Source: Lingula anatina
Lineage: Eukaryota; Animalia; Brachiopoda
Length of the DNA: 64,000 nt
Assembly (NCBI GenBank): GCA_051362555.1
Contig: CM120644.1
Coordinates: forward strand, 24,698,534 to 24,762,533
Direction: 5' to 3'
In this document: one piece after another, positions 14,455 to 28,175 of the stretch
Layout: each line of letters opens with the position of its first letter
Position numbering within the stretch: position 1 is the stretch's first letter
The notes under the pieces: generated by a model
What the model was told of the DNA's origin: nothing
The model's database searches: none
Seen by the model: the letters and a program-made list of their open reading frames with translations, nothing else
Position numbers and translations under genes: made by a program

Positions 14455-17400
14455 ATGGCCAGTTTCTTTAGGAGACGGAGAGGACTGATTTTCAAGGCCA
14501 TCTTGGCTGTTCCTATATTATGGCTGCTGGTAGTGGCGCTATTAGCCTATCAGGAGAAGGACAGGAAACACGCTGACGAGGACGTTAATCCTCTTCATCA
14601 GCGTAATGTGCGTGAAAAGAGAGATCAGTGGGGAGAACAGAATTTTGTACATGATAACCCTCATGGAGGCAACGAGGGTGGCAATAGGCATGAAAACGAA
14701 CAAAAAGTATACAACGAAGAACAGGCACCAGATGGCGTTGTAAACAACGATGGAGGAGATGCGAAGCAGGTCCAACATGAGCAGGCGCCAAAACCTCGTC
14801 CACATATTCCAACCAGTACAACACCCAATCCTAACGCCCCAGGTAAGTGAAAGGGATTGTCATACCTAGTTTGGTATTATGGGATGTTGGACAGTTTTGA
14901 CATATTTTTCATCAAAGGGTGACTGTGAGTAAGATGTGATAAAGGCTGTACGATAGAGGGTTGAAATGTTATGCCTCATCAGTAAATAACACAATTAGCC
15001 TCATTGAAACAAACATACTTTTTCTCCATCTTTGCATAATAGAAATAAAAATCCTCACTGTTGAGTATTGTGTAAAACCAGCTGTTCGTGCTCAGAAAAT
15101 AAATGAATATTGTCATGGCTACAGGTGAAATGGGGAAAGCTGTGATTATCAAGAAGGAAGATCTCTCCCCAGAAGAGAGGAAGAAATATGACGCAGGGTT
15201 CCAGAAGAACGCCTTCAATCAGTATGCCAGTGATATGATGTCATTACACAGGAGTCTGCCTGATGTCAGGGATAAAGAGTGAGTACCCATGGGGGGTGGG
15301 GGGGATATTAGTAGTAGTAGTGGCAAAGAGATAAGGAGAAGAGGAGTAAAAGAGAAGTAGAGAGGTTGTGGGAGGTAGGTAAGGGGAGAGAAGGTTGACT
15401 TCTGCATTTGGCAAATTGATTTCCAAGTAAAACAGTTGAAATACTTTTGACCCCCCCCCCCAAAAAAAAAAAAAAAAAAAAAAAAAGCTCACCTGAAGTG
15501 TATTGTATTTGAATTTATATTTGCTACGAATGATCAGTTGCTCAATACAGATTACCACACTAAGTACAAATGGAAATATCTTGTGACTGACTATCATTTC
15601 AGATGCCGTGATTTCAAATATGCCAGCCACCTGCCAGACACCAGTGTTGTCATTTGTTTCCATAACGAGGCTTGGAGCGTCCTGCTTCGTACCGTCCACA
15701 GTGTCCTGGACAGATCACCCGCACATTTGATAAAAGAAATTATTCTAGTGGATGATTTCTCTGACATGGGTAAGAGTGAAATATTTGTTGTTGTCTTAGG
15801 CTTCATTCACATGCAATGTCTATTTTCTAAATTCTATTTTCTATTCGCGGCATGTCTTATGATCACGGTCTGTGCCCTGAATATCCCGCGGCGTAATTAC
15901 TGGCAGCGCGAGCCAGTTACTATAAGTACTATAAGTAACTGGCTCGCGCTGCCAGTAATTACGCCGCGGGATATTCAGGGCACAGACCGTGATCATAAGA
16001 CATGCCGCGAATAGAAAATAGAATTTAGAAAATAGACATTGCATGTGAATGAAGCCTTAATTTATCACATATTATTTCCCAATTTATATATTTTCAGTTA
16101 TTCAATTAAGATGGGTAAGGAAAGGGAGAAATGGTATCCCTGTACTTATCTTTATTATTATATTTATTTAAAAAAAGGACTTTTAGGTTTTGATAACCAT
16201 CATCAGTCGAAGTACATAAAAGAGGGTAAAAACACTTCATTTATTTATAAGAAATTAGCAGTGTACAAATCTAATGTAGATCATACAGGCAGTTCCAGGT
16301 TTATTTGAACTTTCAATTTAGATGTGAGGACTTTAAATTTTCATCCAAAGAAAGGCAAACCTGAGGTCAGGAAAACCAGGAAGCAACCAGTTGTCCTGGC
16401 TCAGATGCCAGAGGGACTGAACTAAGTGGAAAGGTTTTGACTGTAAATCCCCACAGAGCTAAGGACCCCTGGTCTAGTTCAGTGATAGAGGAGAAGCATA
16501 AATAAACAAGATCTAAACTGAGCTGACTTCTGAATGGATACAGTTTCACCAAAGGACTTCTTTATAACTTGTTTTCCTTGGCACGATGACAGAGTGCTTA
16601 TTAGATTGACCTCCAGAATATAAACTGAGAGAGAGCCAGAGTGTGTGTTCTAGGAGAGAGAGAGAGAGAGAAGGAGAAGAGAGAGAGAGAGAGAGAGAGA
16701 GGAAAAGAAAAAAGATAAACAACGAAACCCAGATAATCACCTGAAAACAATAGAAGGGACTTGAACCCTTAGCCATGTCAAATGTGTGTGTGTTTGTGTG
16801 TGTGCGTGAGTGTTTGTGTGATTGTGCATGTCTGTGTGTGTGTGGGGGGGGGGGGTCTGATAGTAGCCAGGCTACTAATTAAGTTGCCAATCTCAAAATA
16901 GTCCAATCAAAAAAAAAAAAAAAAAAAAATCGATGTACCACTTGATGTAAAGTGGGGTTAAGATCCTGATTGTATAAGAAATAAAAGAATTGTTGTAACT
17001 GATACAGTGTAGCATGTGAAGTGGCTGGGAAAGCCTTCCTGTAGCATTCCGGTAGCTTGCTCACAGTGGGTGGCCAGGCATTCCCTGACTGTGCACATTC
17101 TTGTGAGAAAACCCAGGCTGTAATGGAATATATAGGCCAGAATATATCCCCTCTAACCATCCTCTGGTACGGGACTCACATTTAGCTGAAAATATTTAAA
17201 GCAGAAAAAGAATTAAAAGTATTTCTTCCACACACCTCTTTTCTGGGGATCAACTGATACCAGTGACCTCTCTGTAATCTTATGTTACAGCCAAGGCCTC
17301 CCTGTGCTGCCAGAATGGTATCATAGCTATTATATAGCTGATTCAGAATATGAGACATAGATTTAAATTTTTACTAGTACATCTAGATTTATTTCATGAC

Positions 17401-19741
17401 TTACACACAAGGAGGAGATTTTTCTAACTGTTGGCAGATTTCCAACTATTGGGGAGTGAAATATATCATTTTTGAGATTGATGCAGATCTGCAATAAAAA
17501 CTTGGGGGGAAGGGGGGGGGGGGGGGGCGGAGACACTGTATAACAAAAAAGCAACATATTTCATAATAAAATAGGTCAGCACTTGCAGAGCTCAGACCTA
17601 CAAGAACAGTTCAATTTTTGATGATATTAATTAACTCATTAATTAATGGATTACCACCAACATGTTACTGTTTGTTACATGGGCGACTCTTGACAGTTTC
17701 AGAATTTTTTTAATCAAAATTTGTCCACAATTTCTTTCACAATATTGCTTCACGTAAGCTTAACCAAAACCATCTTCTGGGCTAGGCATTTGAAACACAA
17801 CCCAGTGATTTTCAGTGAAATTCTGTCCATGGCCCTTGTGAATTTGAGCACATCAGAATTTGCATGTACTTCTTTGTGGAGGTAATCATTGAGAACTGTT
17901 ATAGCTATATCTACTGGATATTCTGTATAAAGAGATTTCAGTTAGAATAATTAAGCAAAAAACAAATGTAGTCCATTAATGTGATGAATGACACCAAGAA
18001 GTGGCTCTTGAAGCACCTTCCTCAGTTTGACGAGTTTCTTAATGCTGATAGTATAGCACTAATGTGTTTTACTAAAATACTTGTGTTTATTTAGATAACA
18101 TCAACTGGAGAAGAAATGTTTGTGATAATTTTGACACCTGATATTTTTATTGACAGAATTCTCAGAAGCATTGAAATGTTACCAGTTGTGTCTTAACAAT
18201 CTGCTTTAATTCTGTTGTTTAAAATCCTCAGTTGTGCTTCTTTTGGCAAGTTAAGGTATCACTGGCACTTCTTTCTACTTCCTAACATGTTGATAAAGCT
18301 ATTTCTGTGAAAACTCTGTTAAGAATTTAACACTTTTTGTTGTTATCTAGATTTCTTTCCAAGAAATAATTAAGTGTTTCTGTTTAGCTTCTGTAAAGAA
18401 ATAATATATATCCATGTTCTTACCCAGAGAAGATAAAGAGCTAAGAAGAACCAAGTTATATTATTGTTTCTATTTAGATCATGTGAAAAACTAAGTCATA
18501 TTATTAGTTCTATGTAGACCATGTAAAAAAGTCATTGTATTATTTCTATGTAGATCTTGTGAAGAAGTTATGATTATTTATTGTTTCTGTGAGACCTTGA
18601 AAAGAATTATTAACATATTCTTGTTTCTCTGCAGACCATGTGAAGAAGCCTCTAGAAGATTACATAGCCAAACTGGGCAAGGTGCGCATAGTCCGTGCCA
18701 AGAAAAGAGAAGGTTTGATCAGGTCACGACTTCTGGGTGCCTCCGTGGCCACGGGACAAGTGATCACGTATCTGGACTCCCACTGTGAATGTACTGAAGG
18801 TATGATATGTGCTGTTATGTATACGTGCGCGTGCACACACACACACACACACACCAGGTCTCGCACTGTAAATGTTAGGTAGGATGTATACTATTATTCA
18901 TGTGCCCACACATGCATGCACACATGGTCACGTATATATACCTGTACACACAGGCTGTATTCCCAAAGCTTTTAGATCGATCTATCCCTGCAGGGCGTCT
19001 CTCTAGATTACTGTCAGATAATCCAGCTTAAATGTCTGTCCCGCCTACTACAAGCTGTAAGGGGGTAATTAACTTTTGTGTCTGCCCGGCTGACAGCTAT
19101 TTAGCGTGAACCCCCAGGGAGTTAGGTCGATCTAAAGTAGATCGATCTAATCTCTGGAAATGGGGTCATACACAACACATGAAAGAGAGAGACACAGATG
19201 AGAGAGAGAGAAACATACTAGTAGTTGTATTCTGAAATGGACATTAAAAGCTGTTCTTCTCCAAAAATTTTTTGAGAAAAAAAATAAACATTGAAGGAAA
19301 ACCATGATGATAAAGTATTTATTCAGAGAGAGATGTGAAGCACAGGAGAAGACACCTGTTCTAGGACTTCCCAAAGCACTATTGTTTCTTTTATTGTTAA
19401 TTATTGATGGGAGTCTGAGTGGATTATCCCATTTACAAGTGAACAAATTACCCAGAGACTTTCTAGATGGAGCTTTAACTTGATGTAATGATCAGAAATT
19501 GGGACTGGACTGGACTGGTATCAAATTAGATGGAAATAATGGGGATTTAGAGAAATCTAATTACTCTTCTTTGTTCTTCTTAAAGTGCGTTGAATGTGCA
19601 CTAATAGAGAAATGATTAGAACACATACTAGGGTTGTTAGGAAATTCATGAAATATCAAGGGATTTTTATTTTTTACAATAGCTTAGAAAAACGTAACTT
19701 CTTTTCTTTTTGAGGAAAGCTTGAAAGCTCATTTTCTGGTA

Positions 19742-19777
<36 letters not shown>

Positions 19778-20039
19778 ATTATAATAGAAATGTAATTATC
19801 ATTCTCAAGATAGTTCAGTATAGGTGTTGGATGTTTAATTGTTGCTAGATCCCTCCAAACTTCAGGATGAATCAACACAGGATGTAGCAGCAGAGTTAGA
19901 GCAGGGAAAAGAAAATACAATGATGTATTTTAATTAAAATGTTGTTACTGGCGTTACTTCTCTTAATTCATCATCTCTGAGCAACAAGCAAATCTAAAGC
20001 TAAGTTTTAGTTGGAGTAACTGTAGTGAATTAAAAGTAT

Positions 20040-20085
<46 letters not shown>

Positions 20086-21974
20086 GGCAAAATGAAGGTT
20101 TTGAATTGGAGTTATTTCATATGTCTCCAAACTTTGCAAATTGGAATATCAACGAGAGAAACATGGTCTTTTGTTACAGGTTGAAAAAAAACCTGAAAAA
20201 ACTTATTCTTGACATCGGCAAGGGAAATATAAGTATTGATTGTCTCCAGAAACCAATAAGACTGCTCCAGTAGGAAGTCTTCAGAAATTGGTGATTAGTT
20301 ACATGCCCAATGCAATTGTTATCGTATTTTTAGAGTTTATGAAGTCATTTTTTATGTTGCTTAGATGAAATGTTGCTTGGTTTATGAAGCCTGAGTGGGG
20401 AAAATGGATAGTAAATGATGGTTGATTCTGTGGAGTGGATCATATTGAAGCTATTTGTCATTTGCACTTTTTTATGAAGTCGAGGCATGGTGAAAATAAG
20501 TATTTGTGATACATACAAGTGTTTCAAGCTGTTTCAGTATGCAGGTGCGTAATATTGAAGTGTTCCTGCACAAACAAAGATCACAGACACTAGAGGCAAT
20601 GTTTCTTTTTCCCATAAACATTTACCACCCATCCTAAAAACCTTAGAATTATACAAGGTGTTATCTTCTAGGTTGCTCACTTATTTAAGGGATTATCTTC
20701 TATGGTGTTTAGAAACTTTACTTTGATAGGGATGGGAGGGGGGGGGGGGTTAGATCGATGTACCTGACTTTTATAAGAGGGTCCTGGCCGCTATACCACC
20801 CAGTGGTCAGTGAGTGTCTGCATCTATTCACATCAGTCTGATGAAAGCCTACATCCAGCTTGGCCGTCAGCTAACAGTATGAAAGTTTTTCAGCTTGTTC
20901 TTCATTTATGATCCAGCTACCAAGCTAATGAACATTTTTGCTTATTATCTTCTAGGCTGAATAACTTATTAAGATCAAATCGGATGGTAAATCTCATTAA
21001 GCTATTATCTTCCAGGTTGGTTAGAACCTTTACTTGACGTCATCGCCAAAAACAAGTCCAACGTGGTGTGTCCTGTCATAGACGTCATCGAGGACGACAA
21101 CTTCAAGTATGACTTCAGCAGTGCGCGGGGGACCAGCATTGGGGGCTTTGACTGGAATCTACAGTTCAACTGGCACCCTATACCTGACCACGAGAGGAAG
21201 CGCATGAAGACGCCATTTGATCCCATCAGGTAAGTAGCGTGAGGCTTTGTGTCTAGATTTATGTAGGTCCCATTCAGAATTGGGGACTAACTAGTACGAG
21301 GGTCAAATATGGCCAACCCACTTGAATACTTCCCCATGGGTATATCTATTCAGTGTCTATTAGCGGATTAGACGCCAAGCTGTTTAGTGGGTCGCCATAT
21401 TTGACCCTTGGACTAGTTTGTCCACAGTTTGTTCTGAATACAGCCATTGAGGAAGTTTTCTGTCTGTCAAACTGATTATCTACAGAGATTTCAGCATAAT
21501 AATAATAGTAAAAATATTTGGGTCAAAATTGTTAGGACTATGCAGGTTTTCTTGATTTTCAGGCTTTACTTTGATCGTTTTCAGTCTTTTTGTTCATGCC
21601 TTGACACCAAGCTTATGTTTTCTGGATTATTAATTTTTTACAACTTTCACCCATGTTAAAATACTTATTATAATGATAGTCTTAATTGTAAGAGTTTCTA
21701 AATTATAGGAATAATAATTCAACAACTGTGAGTTTCAGTTAATAAGATAAATGAAATTACTGAAACTAAAAGAAATGGCCATCAAACCAGACAAGTTCCT
21801 GTTCTAATGTTGTAATGTTGTAGAACTGACTATGTCTATATATTTATTTACATTGCACCACATATCTTAATATCTTAACTATTTTCTTTTTATTATTATC
21901 TTTACTTATCTTATTCTGTTAATTTTACCCCTGTAAAGTCTTCTGAACATTTGTATATGGATTTAAAAATAAAG

Positions 21975-22008
<34 letters not shown>

Positions 22009-22147
22009 TACGTCCAGGTCACCCACCATGGCAGGAGGGTTGTTCTCTATCTCAAGAGAATACTTTGAATTCCTGGGTACCTACGACCCCGGAATGGACA
22101 TCTGGGGTGGAGAAAACCTGGAGCTGTCATTTAGGGTGAGATAGTAC

Positions 22148-22228
<81 letters not shown>

Positions 22229-24320
22229 AGTTGAGTGTGTGTGTGTGTGTTTGTGAGAGAAAGAAAGCTAGAGAGATTAAGAGAGAGAGAGGTGTGTGTG
22301 TTTAAACATACAAGGAGAGAACTTGGAGCTGTCATTTAGGGTGAGATAGTGTGTGTGTAAATGTGTGTGTGTGAGAGAGAGAGAGAGAGATGGGTAGTGC
22401 AAAATTTCACAAGAAGTACATTGTGTATTGCAGATGATTTAAAGAGAGACCAACTACATTTTAGTTCATTCTTCATTTATACAGCTGTGTATCTGTGACA
22501 TCCCATAAAATTCTGTGTTCATATTCTCAGATCTGGATGTGCGGCGGCACGCTGTACATCGTCCCGTGCTCACATGTAGGGCACATCTTCCGTAAACGCA
22601 GCCCATACAAGTGGAAACCAGGCGTCAATGTGGTGAAGAAGAACTCTATACGACTGGCTGAGGTCTGGATGGACGACTATAAAAACTACTACTATGAGAG
22701 GTTTAATCACGTCCTGGTAAGAAATGCTACAATTTTAAGTCTTTCAATTTTGTTATATATGACATATAAAGTTGAATTGTTTTTCAGATATCAGGAAAAA
22801 ATTACCAATAGAATTATAAATGAATTACAAATAGCCAAAAAAGGTGGTACATCTACACCATTTTAACTTTGAACAGTGGAACAATTTTTACTCATTATCA
22901 TAATAATGTTATAACATACTAACATTTTTGTGAAAATGTCAGTTCAAAAGATTGGAACATTCAAAACCAAGTTATGACCAGATATACTATGAATTAAGAA
23001 GTCTAACTATCGTTCTTTCAAATTTCCTTTAAAAAAAAAATCTACAATTTTGTAAATCCCAAGGGAAACTGGAGAAATAATGATTTTAAAATTCAAAGTT
23101 ACATCATTTCAGGGAGACTATGGAGATGTGACATCCAGGAAAGAGCTCAGAAAGCGTCTCCAGTGTAAATCATTTGACTGGTATGTCAAGAACATCTTCC
23201 CAGATCTCTTCATCCCTGGTGAAGCTGTCGCCAGTGGGGAGGTAAGATAGTCATATGGATGTGCGTGCACATACACACACACACACACACACATTTAGAA
23301 GTGCTTAAATCCACAAGCTTCACAGACAGCATTTTACTGAAAATAATTTTGTTGTGCTTTGTCTTCCCAGATTTCATTTTTGGATCATTTAAAGAGGTTT
23401 CATGAATACAAATATACATTGTGATAATAAGAGATGTTGAAAACATATGATAAAAATTAGAGTACATTCATATACACACCTGTCAGATTTATTATACAGC
23501 ATTTAAAATTTGGAATTCTTGAATTTCAAAGGAAACAGAATATTTGAAAAAGATTCAACAGCTTTTTAATGCTGATATTGTTCAGAATTTCATCTTTTTC
23601 TTTTTTTGTGTTCACAGATCCGTAACCAAGCTCAATCTCAGTGCCTTGACAGCTCAGTGGACCACAACGCCATGAACAAACCTGTCAAAATGTGGCCTTG
23701 TCACAACCAGGGAGGCAATCAGGTACTGTCACATCTAACACAATATAACAATATGTCACAACTAACACAATATTTGACTGTCACACCTAACACAATGTCA
23801 CACTTCAACCAGTAGGCCAGACTCAATATGTCATTACCAAGAAGGAAGTCAAGGTATTTGTTTTTACGTGCACTTGTTCTTTTGGGTGTGGGAGGTGTTG
23901 AACAGTGTAATTACTTCTCACATCACTTTTAAGTTCAAAGTACTGCTGGCTACTCCTGTGCCATGAAGTTCAGACAGTCATATAAATATGCTGTGGATCA
24001 ATATTTATATTACTTTCCAATGAAATACCTGTACTTTGATATAGCAGATATTATGCCTACATGTCTGTTGTTATTTTTTCCTTGCAGTACTGGATGTTAA
24101 GTAAAAACGGAGAGATCCGCCGTGACGAGGGCTGTTTTGACTTCACAGGTCAAGGTCAGGTTCAGATGTACACGTGTCATGGCCAGAAAGGAAATCAGTT
24201 CTGGGAGTATAGAGCGGTAAGCTGGGGACTGGCATTGAGGATTTTTCATGGTACTGTATGTGTGCATTTGTGTGTATGTGTGCGTTTGTGTGTGTACAGT
24301 ATATATTTGTGTGTGTGTGT

Positions 24321-24366
<46 letters not shown>

Positions 24367-24560
24367 ACATGCGTGCATAAGTTAGGGGTTGGAATTGAGT
24401 AACTCTGTTGGAATTGAATACTTTTGAGAGTACTGCGTTTGTGTGTGTGGGGGGGGGGGTGGAGGGAGTTTGTAAGGTGATTATATAACAGCTGTTGGAA
24501 TATAGAGAGGTAAGCTAGGGGTTGCATTTGAGTACTTCTGAGAGGAGAGTGAGTGTGTGT

Positions 24561-24591
<31 letters not shown>

Positions 24592-25032
24592 GGCAGATGT
24601 ACAGTGTTTTATTAACCAGCTGTTAGGATGGTTAACTAGTCTATAGAAACAATCACCTAGGACAATTATTTATTAACAGTATCACACTTAACATATTTAA
24701 ACACTGTCACACCTAACACAATATTGTCAGATCTAACTCAATATAACACTGTCACACCTAACACAATATTGCCAAATCTAACTCAATATAACACTGTCAC
24801 ACCTAACACAATATTGTCAGATCTAACTCGATATAACATTGTCACATCTAACCCAATATTGTCACAGCTTACACAATATCACACTGTTGTTTTCCAGGAT
24901 GGTCATCTGATGCATGTGAACAGCCAGAGATGTATGGAGCTGTCTGGTGACGGTCAGTCCATCCTGATGGAGCCATGCGGTAATAAAATACGCCAACTGT
25001 GGCTGTGGAAGAGAAAAGACGGCAGCTCATAG
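14455..25032 (+). CDS. GALNT: Polypeptide N-acetylgalactosaminyltransferase (GT27, pgant9/gly-5-like), 11 coding exons, ~629 aa
   Basis: Exons 14455-14842, 15125-15278, 15603-15769, 18635-18799, 21016-21229, 22018-22135, 22531-22716, 23113-23241, 23618-23722, 24088-24216, 24898-25032. All introns GT-AG with matching phases; total 1890 nt. Type II TM anchor, [23 protein letters not shown] metal motif (LDSHCEC), [30 protein letters not shown], ricin lectin repeats ([20 protein letters not shown]). Subfamily call is from recalled similarity. Confidence 0.96.
15799..16056. mobile_element. Near-perfect fold-back MITE (Tourist/PIF-Harbinger-like), TTA target-site duplication
   Basis: Arms of ~120 bp are exact reverse complements (ggcttcattcacatgcaatg... 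/ ...cattgcatgtgaatgaagcc); TTA at 15796-15798 and 16057-16059. Confidence 0.9.
18953..19167. mobile_element. MITE family B copy in GALNT intron 4
   Basis: Highly similar to 7455-7678 and 56526-56751; inverted tagatcgatcta subterminal motifs. Confidence 0.75.
20788..20926 (+). mobile_element. Partial copy of the hairpin element with hammerhead-like core (see 33625-33808)
   Basis: gctataccacccagtggtcagtgagtgt...cagtctgatgaaagcctacatccagcttggccgtcagctaacagtatgaaa matches the 33.7 kb copy; its 3' end (catttatgatccagctaccaagct) is nearly the reverse complement of that copy's 5' end. Confidence 0.65.
24701..24886. repeat. 45-bp minisatellite (~4 copies) abutting the last GALNT acceptor; related units at 23724-23802
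   Basis: Unit acactgtcacacctaacacaatattgtcagatctaactcaatata starts at 24701, 24746, 24791, 24836. Confidence 0.85.
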
Positions 25033-27776
25033 CACAGGGGGCACCACATACATAGTGTAGATATATACAGCGCTTTCAAGATTTTAGTGCAGGAAGAGGA
25101 GCGAGAGATCTGGGGTCAAATCAGAGACAGAATTTGCTGGGTTTGATTCCAGGGCTTGGTTTCTTTGAGACATATTTGGATGTGCTGTCAAGAAGATGAA
25201 GAGACAGTTATGCTCAAGCAGGGTTTGTTTTTCCTGGAAAATAAAGATGCAGAGGTCTTAGGGTCCCAGTGAAAAATTGTGAGAAACTTAACTCTGGGAA
25301 GTGGGACGGGAACTTCAGATGGATTTCACTGACTGGACCACCATTTATAATACATGAAGTATAGTACTTCCTGAGAAGGGACAGATTAAGAAGTACAAAG
25401 ATTCTGGAAGAATCAATACTTTCTTACAGAGAAAATACATATAATGGAAAAGAATTTCCATATACAACTTTATGTGTAACGAGAAGTGGTAAAGAAAAAC
25501 AATGCATTCAAGGTGCCCTTTAGAATAGATTGCTTTCACACTACAAAGAGGTAAAGCATTGTGCTTTTAGTCATGCACACGAGATAGACTATGATTATAC
25601 ATATGAAGGAATGCTCTTCTTACCAGTGAATTGAAGTTGATGTCTGAAAAGCGGGTTTTGAGTAAAGTCTCCTCTCTGATGCATTTTATTAAGGGTGATG
25701 CAGCGAGAATGTCAAAGGTATCCCCAACTGCAGCTTGAGTGTCTAGTCTAGTTATTGAAATGATTGGTGGTGATACCATGATATGTTGGTGAAACACAAA
25801 TGATAAATAAGTAAAACAAACACTTCTCTTGTAAAGTGAAAGTGATTTTGATTCAACATGAAAAACAGACCAAAGATCATTCTGTACTTAGAGCTATAAT
25901 GTGGACGTCATTTGTATGTTAACAAGGACTATATTACTGCTCAATATGTCCTCTTTAATCAAGATTTTGTATCAAGATTTGTAAAAGATATAGTAGAACA
26001 ATGTCTTTTCAGTGATTTATATCAGGAATTATAGAAATATAAAGAAACATTTATACATCTGGCTGATAAAGCTAATTGATGAAATCCAGTCTAGAGTAGA
26101 AATCTTCAAGAAAATACAGTTAAAATTTCCATTTATTTATGAAAATGGTGCTTAGATGCCTGACCGAAGAAATACCAGTGAAATAGGATGTAGAACCATA
26201 AGTAAATTTATATTATGGCCAAGATAAAAATAATGTGTTTCTTCACATTAAGAATAATTTTATGGTTCTCTAATCGGTATCTGACATCCGTTTTAACTGG
26301 CAATAACATTTAATTTAAATTTTGTCATACTAGTGACTTATCTACTTCAGCGACATGTAAACGTTTTCATATACAAGTTTTAGTGTAGGGTCAAATGTAT
26401 GACTTTTGCTATCAGTACTTATATGTCACTAATTTATACTTAATTATGATATGATTTTCAGCTACCATTCCAATATCAGTAAATGTGTGTACTTGGTATG
26501 TTATCTGCTACTTAAGCTGGCAGGTCTTATGTTTTACAACTGGTTTTGTTGCGTAGGCCTTACTTACCACAGATATAACTGATAGAATCATAAAAGAGAA
26601 AACAGTGTCATTGTCCCATCTTTTTGAGGTCCAGTTCATAGGAGAACTTAAGCTCTTATGTAGGACTTAAGCGAAAAGCATGGTTTGAGAATGGGGTCTA
26701 AGATTATAGGAAGGTTAAACAGATTGGTAAAAATTTACGTTCTGTTTTTTCAGTCACACCTCAGTGGGTATGACATGTACTGTATGTTTAAGTTGCTATT
26801 TTTTCATAAAGAATCACTAGCATGTGCAGGAAATGTGTTCCAAGCATGCCAAGAAACATAAATTAAGTTTTAAAAAATGCTATTTAGTTAAATGCTATCA
26901 TGGGTCTTTTATTTTCACAAAATAACTTCATCCCCAAAATCAGTCTTGACATTAAGAAGGAAGGTTTTGTGTAAGAAACAGCAGACTTGTTAGCCAGTTA
27001 TTTATTACCTGTTGTTATGAGAACACCCTCTCCCTGCTGAATGTAGCAGTGTTGGGGGGTGGGGGGGGTATCTACAGTGAGGTCACTTAGGGAGCGTTCA
27101 GATAAACCCATCGTACTAGCTGGATCAATCCAATTCTGAGAGAGATTCTCCCTAAGTGCAATCACTGTATATGGCTGAAATGTCTGCCACACCTCAAGTT
27201 GCTAGGGGGTAATTATCTGACTAACTAGCTACTGGAGGAAACGTGTAAGACAATTAGGTTAATTACACTGAATACACATTAGGGAGAATCCTGCGAAGAG
27301 TTGGAACGATCCAGCTGGCAAGATGCTTGAATCTGAATGCAGTGTTAAATCTAACCCGATCCAAGTTTATGTCCGTGTCTGAACGCACCTTTTGAAGTGC
27401 TTTGTTGATTTTAACAATTATTGCCATGGTAACAACTGCCAAACACGCTGTGATGATTACACTGACTTGTAGATGAAGTGTTACCATGGCAACCCTGTTC
27501 CCAGTTGTTAGTGTAAGGTGATAGTAGCAGTAGAAGAGGTATGATATTTTATAGAGATCAACTATATTTTATAATCCAAAGAAGCTTGATAAGGTATATA
27601 ATGTTGTAGTTAAAATTGGTAGTTTGGTGGGGAGGTGGGGGGGGATTTGCTGGGAATGTGGTTCACGGTTGAACAGCTGGGGTTTGGAGCAACTCCGCAA
27701 CAAAACGTACCTCCAATTCACGGTGTAAAAAATCTATCTATTAGCTCTGAATTGCGAAGTAGGGTTATAATATTGT

Positions 27777-27782
27777 AATAAA
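27777..27782 (+). promoter_or_regulatory. Candidate polyadenylation signal of GALNT (long 3' UTR)
   Basis: AATAAA ~2.7 kb downstream of the stop codon; other AATAAA candidates exist. Confidence 0.25.
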
Positions 27783-28139
27783 ATGTTTGAACTTTGTTCC
27801 AGGGCTTCGTTATATCTAGAGGAACTATTGGAGCTTTGCTAGTCCCAGGAAGTGGGCTGAAGTCCCATATTGGTGCCATATTAGTATTAAACTTAGTCGT
27901 GAGCTACAAGTGAGATATGTTCTATAATGATTTAAATTACATTGCAATTATCCAAGCTCTATGTTACATGTAGAGTGCTAACTGCTAGGGCATTGCGTTA
28001 CAGTACTGGAACATAAGTGTTAAACTAGGTCAAGTAGCGTTGGACGTGGGGTTAGGGTACTCCCCGTCAGCAGTGTAAAGTAGGCTATCTGGAGTTGCTT
28101 TCTTAACAACTGAGGGTTAGAATAAATTCTATTTTCTGA

Positions 28140-28175
<36 letters not shown>

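Noticed and set aside
15538-16044. Mirror-image ORFs on both strands
   Set aside because: Caused by the palindromic MITE; only 15603-15769 is coding
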